DNA from: Zygnema circumcarinatum SAG 698-1b
Taxonomy: Eukaryota > Plantae > Zygnematophyceae
DNA: 64,000 bases
NCBI GenBank assembly: GCA_037447605.1
Contig: CM074804.1
Coordinates: 3,759,909-3,823,908 of the forward strand
Reading direction: 5' to 3'
In this document: positions 24,296 to 37,100 of the stretch, in pieces
Numbering within the stretch: position 1 is the stretch's first letter
Layout: every line of letters starts with the position of its first letter
Position numbers and translations under genes: made by a program
The notes under the pieces: generated by a model
The model's input: the letters and a program-made list of their open reading frames with translations, nothing else
Database searches by the model: none
What the model was told of the DNA's origin: nothing

Positions 24296-25475
24296 AACGC
24301 ATTGTAGTCATGAAGCATTTGTACAGTTCCAAAAGCAAAGCAAAGCAAAAGCAAACCCAAAGCATGGATCTGGTCTCGTCTTCTATCTTAGGAATCAGCA
24401 TCTCAGAGGGTTGTTTTGACCACCAACTTCTGCGGATAGATGCAGGCCCTCAGCCCTAAAAAAAAAGCGTTCAGTCGACTTTACGGAATTAGGAGGATAT
24501 GAAGGCAATCGTTGTAGCATGCCTAATTTTTAGCTATATAGGTGCTTGTTGTCCATTGGTGTAAAAACTCAAATTGGCTAAACGTGGTTCGAATAGAAGG
24601 TGTAACTGTTACTATTTGAAGAGCTCGTTCTTTGTGCAGCGTGCCGCTTGGGAACAGCACCATGTGCCGCGCCCTTGAAGTAGAGGATGAATGGTGTACC
24701 CCTCCTATAATGTATTCGTCCTTGGTCTCGGCGAATGTCAGAGTTGCGTACACCATCCCTCCTTTTACGTCGAAAGGGCAGCGAAATGACTACCCCCCTG
24801 CATCTATCTATCTGTTGGTGACACCACGCCGATGTGGGGCTGCACTCTGTACCGCCTCCATCATGCATGCATGCATGCATATATCCATGCATCCATCTAT
24901 CCATCCATCCATCCGTTGGGCGGAGCCTGCGGGCCGTACGAAAGCAGAGGTCATGCAACCGTTGTGTCGCAACGCAGTTCCCGGATAGCAGCGCTACCAC
25001 CTCGTAACATATCCAATCAGATTTTGCCACGTCATACAACAGCAGCAGCGCTGACAGACACGTCGTATCGCGCTCTGCCACGTGGCGCTGGGACCCGAAC
25101 CCCGGGAGCACGGTCCGCGCACCCCCGTGGCGGTGTCGCCCGCAGAGGGGCCGCCCGCAGGCGGATCCCTGGAGAGCACGTGTCTGGCCGCACGCTCGCC
25201 ACGTGGACCGCCCCTTACCCTGGTTCTGTGGGAGTAGGGAAGAGGTCTCGTCTCCCCCGCTCTCCCTCCCTGCCTGGCTGAGTGCCTGCCTGCCTCTCTC
25301 CCTCCCTCCCTCCCTCCCTCCCTCCCTCCCGCACATTTCCTTACTGTAGAGGGCAGGGACGCGCTGCAGGCGCCGTAGCGGAGTGGTTGCGGAGTGTGGC
25401 AGGGATTCGGACGTCTGCCTCAGCGTTGGTGGATCAGTTAGGAGACACTGACAGGGAGGTCTGTTGGAGCCGATC

Positions 25476-28400
25476 ATGGCGGCAGTGTCTCCTTTTAGGG
25501 TTTCGATATGCAGAGGGGCTTTCAGAAGGGAGGAGGGAAGGCAGGGATTCGTGGCGGAGCTGGCGCGGAAGGTGGAGCCGCAGCAGTTGACTGTAGCTGC
25601 ACGGCAGCAGCTATTCGGAAGTGACTTGGAGCAGGTCTCTGCTAAAGGGGGCTTGTCTCTTTCAGGCAGGCGGAGGAGGGAGCATGTGCTGAATGGGCGA
25701 GAGGCGTGGGAAGTGCATTGCTCAAACTCGGAGGTTTTGGAACCATGTTGGCAATACCTGAAGCCAGCTTGCAGGCAGAGTACAAGGGCAAAGGCATCAA
25801 CCAGCTACTCTCCTTACGTCATGGCGGAGCCAGACAGCAACCTTCCTCCGGTACGACCTCTGCAAAGTTTCCTTCTGTTTGGTTCTTTCCACACCTGTCT
25901 CGGAAGTACATTTTGGAGATAAAGGTCTCTTTTCTGGATGTTTTCAAAGCGGAATCTTCCGTGATTGGTCGGATTTTCTATTGTAGAACATCCTTTCCAA
26001 GAAGCAATTTAAGTCGGTTGTTTGCGGCTTCTGGCCTTGATGGCTGCCTTGAAATTGCTGGCTTCAATGAAGTCGCCGTCTTTCTATACCAAGCGGCACG
26101 TTTAATTTCTTGGGTGTTGATTTCCTGTGATGCACAGTTTGCAGAGTCAGCCGAGTTCGAATCTGATCACAACGGTGCGACTTTCCGAGAGGAGGATGAC
26201 GGTGCAGAGGTGTTGATCGAATGCCGCAATATCTACAAGTCATTTGGAGACAAGCACATCCTTAGAGGTGCGAGTTTTAAGGTCAGTTTGACACACTTCA
26301 TTTTTTGTTCGCTGGGTCGTTTGAAAAGAAGTCTTGTAGAAGACATGTTTGCTGAACTACGCGGGAATTCCAGGGTTGTGTCAACAAATTCTGAAGAAGC
26401 ATTTGTCCCAACAGCTTCACATAACTTGCTAAGGCGTGATGGCAACCTGAAGAGTGTTAAGGCTGTTTTTTGACTTTTTGAATGCCAAACGGGGATGTTC
26501 GCCAGATCTACTATGACAGAGGCGAAAAACTCGAGTGCCTATCCACCAATAGCAGAGCATCCTGTACTTGCAGTTTGCATATTGATGTTGCAACTAGGAG
26601 GTGAACTAGGAGGCAGTGGTCCAAGACAGTCTGATTCTGATTAGTCTTGTGCTGTTCCCTCTCACCGGACCTGTTTTGAAGATACGAGTAGGGGAGGCGG
26701 TTGGAATAATTGGCCCGTCTGGTACGGGGAAGTCAACAGTTCTTCGAATCATGGCGGGCCTCCTTGCCCCGGACTCGGTAAGTCCATTGATCCCGGTTTA
26801 CTTGTCTGAACGAGCAATTAATAAAGACAGACATGGCTAGTGGATGTGATTTACAACATAAAGGAAAGAATGTGCGATGTATAATGGTCCAGCGGCATTT
26901 TTTAAGCGCGGTCTTACGTTGGGATTAGCATTTGTCATCAGCGAAGCATTGCTACACTTGTATGAGGGCGAAAAGAATACCCATGCACATCAAGATAAAA
27001 CAAATCTCGCAAATGTCTTCCCTTGGAATAGGAAAAGAGTGAATTGTGACAGCCCAATGTTGTACACAGAATTCCGTGTGACTGAAGTTTTTAGCTTTAG
27101 CTTTTGTTTTTAGCTTTTTAGCTTTTTAGTTTTTATATTTTAGTTTTTAGTTTTTAGCGTTGTAACTGTGGATAATTTATAATCAGTTTATGGCAAGTTT
27201 GTCGAGATCGAGCTCCAAATTCTGAAGTCTGTCTTGTTATAGGCTCCTTCTAAAGTACCTCCTTTGTGTCAGAAGCTACTTCGTCGTATGATTCCTAAAA
27301 GAATTGAAGCTGTGAGGAGATGTTCTGAAGTTGAAGTTTATCCGCTCAATTTCCTTGCCCAATAGCATCCATGGAACAGATAGATGACTTTGATTGCTAG
27401 GCGATCCTTTGGTCTTTGGACATTAGCTATAATACATGCCTCGTCATGTTGCTGGCCTTGGGTTCAGGGTGAAGTGATTGTGTGCGGGGAAACTAGGCAA
27501 GGACTTATAAGTGATGAAGACCATCCGAGATTGAGGATTGGACTGGTAAGCAGTTCGCTAATTCTTTATGCAAGCCTAAGGCCAGCCTTACAAGTATGGG
27601 AAAAAGTGTTGCTTTACAAAATTTCCTAGGTAACTTTTTGTGGATGCATTCTTGCGCAATGATCTCTAAGCTCATTAATTCCTGCATTAGTGTGCCTGCT
27701 GTCTTTCTTGGACGGGGACTAATATTGACTTGTTTAAGTTACATGCCTGCTGTCTTTCTTGGACGGGGACTAATATTGACTTGTTTAAGTTACATTCTTT
27801 ATCTCCAGGTATTTCAGAGTGCAGCTTTGTTTGACTCATTGACCGTCCGGGAAAATGTTGGCTTCATGCTGTGAGTGGGCTTTCTCCATAACTTTCTCGC
27901 TGCTTGAGAGCCCTGATTTCCTGACAACTTCTTCCCATTGTATGTGCCGTAAATTCGATCGTTCCATGATGACGAAGGATTCTTCTTGCTAGGCATAATT
28001 TCTTTAGCAACATTGGTCCTACTGTGAAATTTACCGGCTAATTTTTCTCGCAACATTTTGCAATAGGCTGTACGAGAAATTTGCTCCTAAGCATCTACGG
28101 TGGCTGCTATGCAGGTACGAGCATTCTGACTTGTCTGAGGTTGAGATCAGACATCAGGTCAGCGAGAGCTTGGCGGCTGTGGGTTTAAAGGTGATGATGC
28201 TGTGAGACCCATATTTCTTTGGATTGGAGCCAATTTGCTTTCTCAAGGTCTTGTAGCTTTGGAGCTTGGAAGTGTAGACGAAACTAAAAAACTGAAGCAG
28301 GGAATGTTTTGGAGCAGGGAGTGGAGGAGCGATTGCCTTCAGAGTTGTCGGGGGGCATGAAGAAGCGTGTGGCGCTGGCCAGAGCGATCATCAGTGATGG

Positions 28401-28489
28401 CAGAAATCTTCCACGAGAGAGAGAGGTATATCATACAGATGTGGAATCCCTGCCTGCACCCTCTGCCCCGCCGCCTCCCNNNNNNNNNN

Positions 28490-28521
<32 letters not shown>

Positions 28522-29975
28522 ACCCGCCAACCTTTCCTGTTTTTTAGATCTCCTTGTATAACAAATAGAGCTTTTTAAGCAACTTTTAAGCAAGCTTTTT
28601 AACTGTGGTTGTTTTATTTTTTTGTAGCAAATGAATATACCAAGCTAGGAAGTTAAGGACGATAGGTAGGTTAGTAAGTAGCGTATGCTTTTGTGAGCAA
28701 ATGCTTGCAAGTTTGAGTAGGTATGGATGCTTGATGCTTCTGTATTTAGGCGGCTGCATCTTCCCTCATGTGCGCAGATGTATAGGATGCAATGCATACA
28801 ACACGATGAGTGTGCCCCAGATTTGCTGTAAGGCTGAAACTTGCAGGTGTGGTAATCGTACAGGTAGTTATGTATGATGAACCTACGGCAGGCCTCGACC
28901 CCATTGCCTCCACCGTTGTGGAAGACCTCATTCGCTCGCTCCATATTCGCAACCTCCCCGACGGAGCTCAGGCCGGAAAGATTGCGTCTTATATTGTTGT
29001 GACACATCAGCATAGCACGATCAGGAGGGCAGTTGATAGGTGAGCCCACTGACAGTTTACAAGCTCACTTCTGCCTTGTCCCCTTGCCCAAACTGTTGAA
29101 AGCCTATAACGTTCATAATTTGGGACGCTAAGATGTGTTGTCTCGAATTGCATGTTCCTTTGGACTCCAGTTCACTTTTAACTGGTCCGCTGAACTTTGA
29201 TCCTGGTGTTTGTTTTAATATTTTTTAGTAGGACAAGACACTATATGTTAAAAACTTTCAGCTCTTTCATTCAGTGTCTCATCAGTATCATCGGAAACGA
29301 AGTCATGAAGTCAGCGTTGGTAATCTTGCCAAGGGGCATGGAATTGAAGACATAGTGGATGATTGCTTATGTTAGAAGCATGCTTTCTGACAGCTTAGAG
29401 CCCCTCTGACTAATGAACTGCTTAGCCATCCATCCTTCATTTTGAGGACCGCCTCAAATGTAATGAACGCTGCCACTCAGTAGCGTATCAACTCATTTTT
29501 TTTGCACAATTTACTTGGGGTTGTGGTGCTTGCCAGACTTCTCTTTCTCCACGAAGGGAAGGTGGTGTGGCAAGGCCCAACTTCGGAATTTGACACAACA
29601 GACAACCCCATTGTCCGCCAGGTGAGTTTCAAGCGGCTTCAGTGGTGGGTCTCTGCAGAACGGCCATTTTGCAGTACGTTAACTGCAGGCTGAATTCGAA
29701 GTTAGGTGCGGATTGGAGCAGCAGCGGACAGAGCAGAAATATTAATCAATTAGTTGGCTATTGTATGTGCTTCACAAGGAACGCCAGCGGCATTTTTCTG
29801 ACCTCTGCTTTTCATGTGTAACTCGTTTTGTGGGAAAATGGATTATTATTAGTCTTCTTCCCTTTTTGGCAATGGGGAAGGAGAGGGAAGGATGGACACG
29901 TTGCTGACTTGTGTCTGCATCTTTTTGCGGCTGCAGTTTGCAGATGGAAGTCTAAATGGGCCCATCCGGTATTGA
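25476..29975 (+). CDS. TGD3: Plastid ABC transporter ATPase TRIGALACTOSYLDIACYLGLYCEROL 3 (MlaF-like)
   Basis: Transit-peptide-like exon 1, then LIECRNIYKSFG, Walker A GPSGTGKS, VFQSAALFDSLTVRENVGF, signature LSGGMKKRVALARAI, Walker B/D-loop YDEPTAGLDPIASTVVEDLIRS, VVTHQHSTIRRAVDR, and NPIVRQ|FADGSLNGPIRY*. All introns are GT-AG. Confidence 0.95.
27693..27794. repeat. Perfect 51-bp tandem duplication in a TGD3 intron
   Basis: tgcctgctgtctttcttggacggggactaatattgacttgtttaagttaca x2, ending 14 nt before the acceptor at 27808. Confidence 0.95.
28480..28519. other. 10-N gap followed by a poly-C run in a TGD3 intron
   Basis: N at 28480-28489, then about 30 C. Confidence 0.95.
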
Positions 29976-31151
29976 GGCGCCCTTCCAAGTTCTTTCCTTA
30001 CAATTGGAGAAAATCTGTACCATATTGTGGATGGACGTGGAGCAAAGTTTTTTACGTATGCTGCCATTTATTATAAACGGGCTTCTTAACACCTTTCGAG
30101 CAAAAAAAAAATCGTTGCCTGCGGACCACGGACGGCTTCATTCTCATTTCATACCTGTGATGAAGATTATGTAGCGCTTTCATTTGCTGCAGACTAGACT
30201 CTTAGTAACCATTTGAGAAAAGATGGTATGAGTGTTTGAGGTTTCATTTATTGAGTACGAAGCGATTTCTTTTTGGAATGCTTTTGGAGTATTGGACGAA
30301 GTATGCGGGAGCCTCTATTGCCTCATGATGTATGGCTGCACTGCTTCTCAAAGTGAGCATTTGCCAGTTTCTTCATATGTTGTCAGAGAGCTTTTGGAAC
30401 CGTCCACCGTCCTGGGTGCTCTCCAGCCTAAACTTTGTACCGGAGGAAATGCGTCCCTCCTCTCCCGTCCTGCAGCTCCTCCTGCCCCAGCGCGTGAGTT
30501 AGGGGCTCCATCACACTCTGCTCCAACACGCCGCCTGCCACGCCCTCGGGGAATCAGGCGGCGCCCTGCGATTGGCGGGCGTGGGATTTGGGGCGTGGCT
30601 CGACACGAGCGCGTCCCCTCGCTGGTAGCCAGCTCGGGCCGACCGGTGTGCGCACACCACGTGACGGGAGCCAGTTCCAGTCGGCGCCCACCGTAACTGA
30701 CACTGGCACTGACCGCTGGCAAGGGAAGGCAAATGTGGTGGTTTGTACGACACGCCACGTCAGCTTATGGATGACGTCATGCGATAGACCGGGCCAGGCC
30801 AGCCCTGTGTAGAGTGCAGCAGTGCTGCAGCGCAGAGAGGGAGTGAGGGAGGGAGCAGATAGAAGAGAGATTACCGGTAGTTAATTACTGAGACAGACAT
30901 CTTGTACTGCGTAAACTGGAAAACCATTCTTCAGAAGAATGCAGTTGAAGGTATCGACTGGAGTGCTATATCCCCATTCCTTGCATTCGTAATGTGAGCA
31001 ATTTTTCTTTATCGTTTTCCAAAATTAATCGGCGAAGACAACTCAATGCAACCCGGCATTTGGCTGCGATATTGAGAGCAGGTGTTGCTGTCAATGGCTG
31101 GCTCGCAGCCTGCGTGGAGAAGTACTTGATTGCCCATGCTTTTGGTAAACC

Positions 31152-34100
31152 ATGGGTCGCTTCGCTGACTCCCTAAGGACCCTTTCAGCCGCGTCTGAAG
31201 ACTCTCCAGGCAGTTTGGCCCTCGATGTCATCCGCGCCCTTATCTCCTGCTCGTCCGGAGCCTCGAACGAGCTTCTGGACGAGCTCCTGGACGCTGCGAA
31301 GGTAAGGAACCCGGCCGAGAGCTAATAAAGGGAGAGCTGGAGCAAAAGGCAGTTAGTGTCAACCTTTAGTTTTCTCATATGAAGTAGTAAGTGATTAATG
31401 GCATCCTTCGGTAGGACGGCGTTTTGGAAAGGAGGTATTTCTTCAGAGTAAGATTAATTTATAGGAGGATTAAATGATTCGGCCAGCAGACGGAGTAGGC
31501 GAAATAAAAAAGAGTTTTTTTCTCGTGAATGATTTCTAGAGCTGGACCTTATGATATGTTTATCGTACTTACTTGCCTCATACTGTAGGCATAGAGTTGA
31601 AGGTGAGGTATTTACTGGAAATCAACGGCTTCTTCTAGCAAGTTTAAAATAACATGGATGACAAATCTAAGAGAACTCCTAAGAGCAATGAAGAGAGCAA
31701 TTGCCTGCCCTATATCAGCTTCTGTTTCATGTCTAGCAACTTTAATACGTTTTAAAGAAACTCTGACATCCTAATTTTTGTAAGTAACCACCAAAGTTAC
31801 TAAACATGAAACGGTGATTCGTGACTGAAAGTTGTATAAGTAACGACTTTTTCAAACGGTATTTAGGTACTTTTGAGGATTGAGTTATTTAGGGACGGAG
31901 AAGATTATGCTATTGGAAGCAAGCTCATCTTCATGCGTTTGAAGCTGGATGCGCTCACTTTCTTTGCACTCTTCTTTATTTTTGTACTTTACAATGGCTC
32001 TTCCAATTTGTGGAGAGATTTGCTATTAAAAGTTCTACATGGTTACGATATTTCTCTGCTGCGGTGCTGCAGATTACTGTCCCTACTCTAAATACAGATG
32101 CAAACCTCAGTTTTCACATCAACATCCTCCGCACAACAGCACTACTGCTGGAGCAGAGCGGTTAGCCGCACTCCTTGCATTGGGCCACGGCTTTTGACAC
32201 ACTGATCAAACCATGATGTTTAAGATGATATGATTTTTATGCTGTGATGTTTCCATAGCGCATAACTTGCTTGTGGCTTTTAAAAGTAAAGGAAGCACTA
32301 ATCTCATCCAGAGATAATTCTCCTAATCTGAAGGAGAACTCTTAGCACTACAATATCTGAGCGGAATCTGGTTCAATGGACATCTAAGCGCTGCCCTTGC
32401 TGTGTTTTTTTACTCCATGAAGCCAATGAGCAAACTCATTTAGCTGTTCTTGGGGCCTTAGTTAAACTTCTGTAGAAACAACACCTGTGATGCACCTCCA
32501 TTCCTGTGCCTATAACTCTCGTCAGAAACTGCGGCCTGTTGCAGGAACGAGCCTTGATCGATTGGAGGAAGTAGTCAAAAGGTGTTGTTTGCCATTGTTG
32601 GCTCCAACTGTTCCGAGTTCTGTGCAAGCCAAGGTTCGAATGCAGCTGACTTGTGGGTCCTTTAGATTTGAGTGCATGGACAGCCTGCATTTCCTAGGAT
32701 TATGTAGTGACAGTCTTAAATAACCTTTTACACAAAGCATTGTTGGTCTCGCCTCCCGGCCGCAACAACCCTTTTAGTTTAAGAAAAGAGTGGAGATGCT
32801 TGATTGTAGTAAAGTTGTCTCGGCATTTAGGAGCGGTTGTCCCTTGTTCAGGTAGGAAGGTTCTGCACTTTCTATGTTTACCAGAACGGGGTTTGCCATT
32901 CCCTGGTGCGCACTTGATGCAGGTTTCAGCTACTTGTGCCAATGTTATTGCCTCTCATTCAGCCTGGCACTTTGCTATAAGCCTGCTCTTGCCCTCTTCC
33001 CTGGAGGCCCTTGGGATTCCACATCTCGCGACATATCAGTACCGATTGAAGGGTGCGGCGCAACTAGATACTGCCATGAACCAGCAATCAGAAATTACAA
33101 CATCTGCGGATGCAATTGCTACAGATAGAGAGGCAACAAGTTGTGACAGTGTCGAAGAAAGTGGGAAGTTTGGAAGCTTGGGTTCTATTGCACCAGGAGC
33201 AGCTTGCCACCTTCTGGGCTGCCTTTTGAAAGTAGCGAAGAATTTCATACTGGATGCATTGGAGCTGGAGGAGGGCCCTAGTGGCAGGCATTCCAGTTCA
33301 GAAGTGGTCCACTGTGGAGCAAAGCTGGGTATTGATTCAACACCTGATAAAGCCTCGCGGGGTGGAAAGCGGCTTGGGGTTTCCGCCCTTGACTTCCTTG
33401 AAGAAGTTGTGGATCGAGCTCTCTTGCCATCGTTAGGGCTCCTTGAACGACCAGTAGATGAGCTGATCCGCCGCCAAGTTATGCAATTTCTCATGCCGCC
33501 TACCTTTGAAGCTGCAGTTGTCATTGGCTGGACCGGAGAGGGAGCAAGTCGAGGATCTGAAGAGGAAGTGAGGTGAAATGTGGATTCTCCATAAATATAG
33601 CGTATGTGCCTCAGAGGGGAAAGACGTGCTGCCGAAAACGAGCTGCATCCATTGCAGGATCAGAAACATCTATCTTTTTTCTGTTCCTGTTCTTTCTTTA
33701 ACCCTCACATACACAGTCGGACTGGGCTCCTGTTTGGGCCTCGCCCTTGTTTCCTTATCTTTTTGTTCCTGCTTTGTGTTTTCTCACGATTGCCTGAAAT
33801 CTTGATAATCACGAAAATCTAGGCAGGTTATTTCGTCGCTGACTTTAATAGGGAAGTTTTTCTGCCAGGTCAGCGATTGGGGCTTCCATCTGGCAGTGCT
33901 GCCAATCTCTTATGAAAATGGGAGGAACGAAACATCAAGAAGCGTACACGATTTTTTCTTCATTTGCAAGGCTGCTCCTCCCTGCTGTCACTGTTTGGGG
34001 ATTGGGAGGAGTACCGGAGGCAGGTGGGACTGGGCTTCCGTTTGACCTTAGAACACATGAAGAGTTTTGGAGCTTCGTAAAATCTGGCCTGGTGAGCCCG

Positions 34101-37100
34101 GAAAACCTTCTGGAAAACGAAGTGATTTGGCTTGTTTCATTCCTTTGGTGCTAGTTTAAGCAGTTGCAGAGCAAGCCGAGTCTCTGGATCCAAAAAGCAT
34201 ACGCAGACATTGAGAATGCACCCTTTTTTGACGTTTAAGTCTGTCTGCAATTTTTAACGGGGCGATGTTCTTGAGTTTTGAAGGAGTGTTAGAGAGGCTG
34301 GCTTGTGAAAATTGGTGGTGGCTTGGTTTCTGTGAGACGGGAAACTCGTGCTCCTATTTGCTTGTAACAAGCCAGCTTGCTTTGTCTTTTTTGCCTGTTA
34401 CTGCATATATTTGCAGTAAAAGTATAAGTCGCCAACCAGAGCTGAAAGGTATTGCCAAGTCTCTTTCCCTTCTGCCTTCGGCGTTTGGTTACTACTGATA
34501 ACTGCTGAGGATACGGAGAATCTGACCCTTTTTCTTATGACAATCCTCTTCTTTTGCAGGCTGGAAATGACTCATTGACACGGAAGCGCGCGTTGCACAT
34601 TCTGAGGTGCTCCTTGCCTGAACCAGAGGATGAAACCTTCGCTTCTTTCAATAGAGAGAAGGGATTTGAAAAACGTAAACAATCTGTAAATGAATGTGAA
34701 AGTTGGGCCGAGCAAGGAACTCAGTGCTTAAATGGTAGAAGCAAGCCAGCCATGGATTCAACCCAAGCAAGGACGTGGCACGCTCGATGGGAGGCTTTCA
34801 TTCTGTTGCTGGAGACTCTGGATGAATATGCTCTGCATTTGGCGGAAGCTGGGTGGCAACCACAGGTAATTTGTTTGGACACTAACGCCTCTTCAAATTG
34901 GAGACGGATGGCAGGAAAAATGATGTTCAATGTTAAGGACCTACCCTCAAATAATCGCCATTTTGCTGATTTTGTCACTCCTTTATCTGCTATTATTTCT
35001 TGTGAAGGAAAGTTGCGCTGAAATATTTTCGTCAAGGAACAGACAGCAGGAAGGAATAGGAACTGAATTTAAGTCAGACCTTAAATTATAGTGCGAATAA
35101 TGAATTCATGTAGTGGCATAATAACCCTCCATGGATATGCATCACCACACCGCACTTCGAGACAGTCTCAGCCCTAATGTGGATTCTGGCGATTTTCTTT
35201 CACTGGGCCTGCATAGATGGACATCCTTGTCCCCCCCATGGTTTCTGTACCGCCAGCAGGTTCTGTTCCATCTACAGGATGGGCAGCAGGAGATTCTTCT
35301 AAGCCGGGGTCACACATGTTGAACCTTGACTTCTCATGGATGGCGGTTTTGTGGGCCCGAGGATTCCGCCACACAAATCCGCAAGGTCAGCCCTCTCATT
35401 CTGAAACCAACTTCACCTGCACCTTCACCCTTTTCACCTGCTGGTCCCTTTGCTTTACTTTCGATTCCTTTCAAAATCACTCTTTCCCATTGCCACTCCT
35501 GTCAAATTTCCACTTGTTTGATGCTTTTCGTTCCCACTCTCTCTAATGTCATCCTTCTCATTCTCCGTATTCTGTGGCATTACTCTTTTCATGACGAGAG
35601 TAACGCCACAGACGAGAAAGCCCTTTGATTCAATCTCATTGGATTCGTTTTCTTTGGCACGACAGTGCGCCGCTTGGTGCTGCGTTCCTTCCTGCAGTGC
35701 AGTTGGGACTATCGGCCGTATGCGTCCAACGTTCCAGAACATTTTGTGTGCGGACCTCTCCTCTTGGCACTGGATGACCCCGCACATCATCGAGACTTTG
35801 GTATTTTTCCTTACCACCGCATCTCCGTCACAGATAGTTTGGAGTATGTTGGATTTCTTGACACAGGAAACCGATGTTGCAACGTCAAATGGAGTGAAGA
35901 TTCAGTGGATTTTGTCTCTTACTATTTGCTCTGATGGTCGAATTGAATTGTTCTGCACTGACGTTCTTCTAAACACTTTCATTTCCCGGAAGTCCAGTCG
36001 TAGCTTTTATGCTTTTCTATAAAGTGCACTTCTATTGAGGACAACGAAAGCTAAGAATCCTGTGAGCTCATGTACTGGTCGGGATTGCAGGTCTTGAAGG
36101 GAATTACACAACGGCCACTACCCGAGCTGCAGTAAGCTTCTTTAAAGCATACTCAAGAGAGCTTCCTCCAGAGTACGATCATCCATCAACTTTCGCTTAT
36201 TGCCAAAAAAGGAGGCTCTGCTACTACAACATCCAATTTGCTACGAATAGAGTTTCCTCATTAGTTGCGTACCAGAGACTTAACTGACAACAGCCTTTGC
36301 TATCTTTTCATTTTGCAGTCGCAAGTTACGTTTCCTTCAACAGCTTGCAGCACATCTTGCATTCGCAATGAGCCCTTGCAGGAGTGGCCTTATGGCCGGA
36401 GCAATGTGTCTGGAAACTGCTGCTGTCACCTCCGCAGAAACTGATTCACTTCATTCTCAGTCTGTAGAGATCTTGGCGGAGTCCACTTATTGGAACAGCG
36501 CTGCCAATGGTCAGATCAATGTTGCAAAGGAGAGCCCCAGTGATGACCTTCCAAGCAGTGAGCATGCCAATCTACTGAACTCGTTGGGGGGGCTCGTAGA
36601 GCACACAAAGCGACATTTCAACACCTCCTATAGAGCCACAGGTGCGCCCCATCACAGAATGAAGCAGGCATGCATGTGTAAATTGCTGTCATTATATAGG
36701 AATTAAGTGTAAAGCAACAGCAATTTGCGCCAGTCCACTGATAACCTGCTTGACAACAGCGATAGTACCGGTTTGTAGAAGCAAATAGCACAGAAGTGAA
36801 GTGACGAGCGTGGGCTAGTGAAGTTTCGGATGTGCAACAAGAATTATCGAGTTAAGTCTTGATGAGGCAAGGCAGAGTCATTTCACGTTTTCCACCCAAT
36901 ACTTCCCATATCAGATAGGTCAAACTGGTGTAACCCTGATTCTCTGAGAGAATGGAATTTTCCAGTACTTTCCATGGCATTGCTGTTCTTGCCTTTGGGG
37001 ATGTCCAAAAGGAGTTCAAGGTCTCGTCTTATGCAGGTCTGATGTCAAGGGACAGAGCTTGTCTATTGGATGGGAGGCAGTTTACGGCCATGTCCTCCGT

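Noticed and set aside
24523-25477. Minus-strand ORFs (299 aa and 77 aa) upstream of TGD3
   Set aside because: They run through microsatellites and GC-rich promoter sequence with no recognisable domain.
27090-27160. TTTTAG(C/T) tandem units, and 2x TTTTTAGGG near 37590, as interstitial telomere
   Set aside because: Too short or degenerate; consistent with ordinary T-rich intron slippage.
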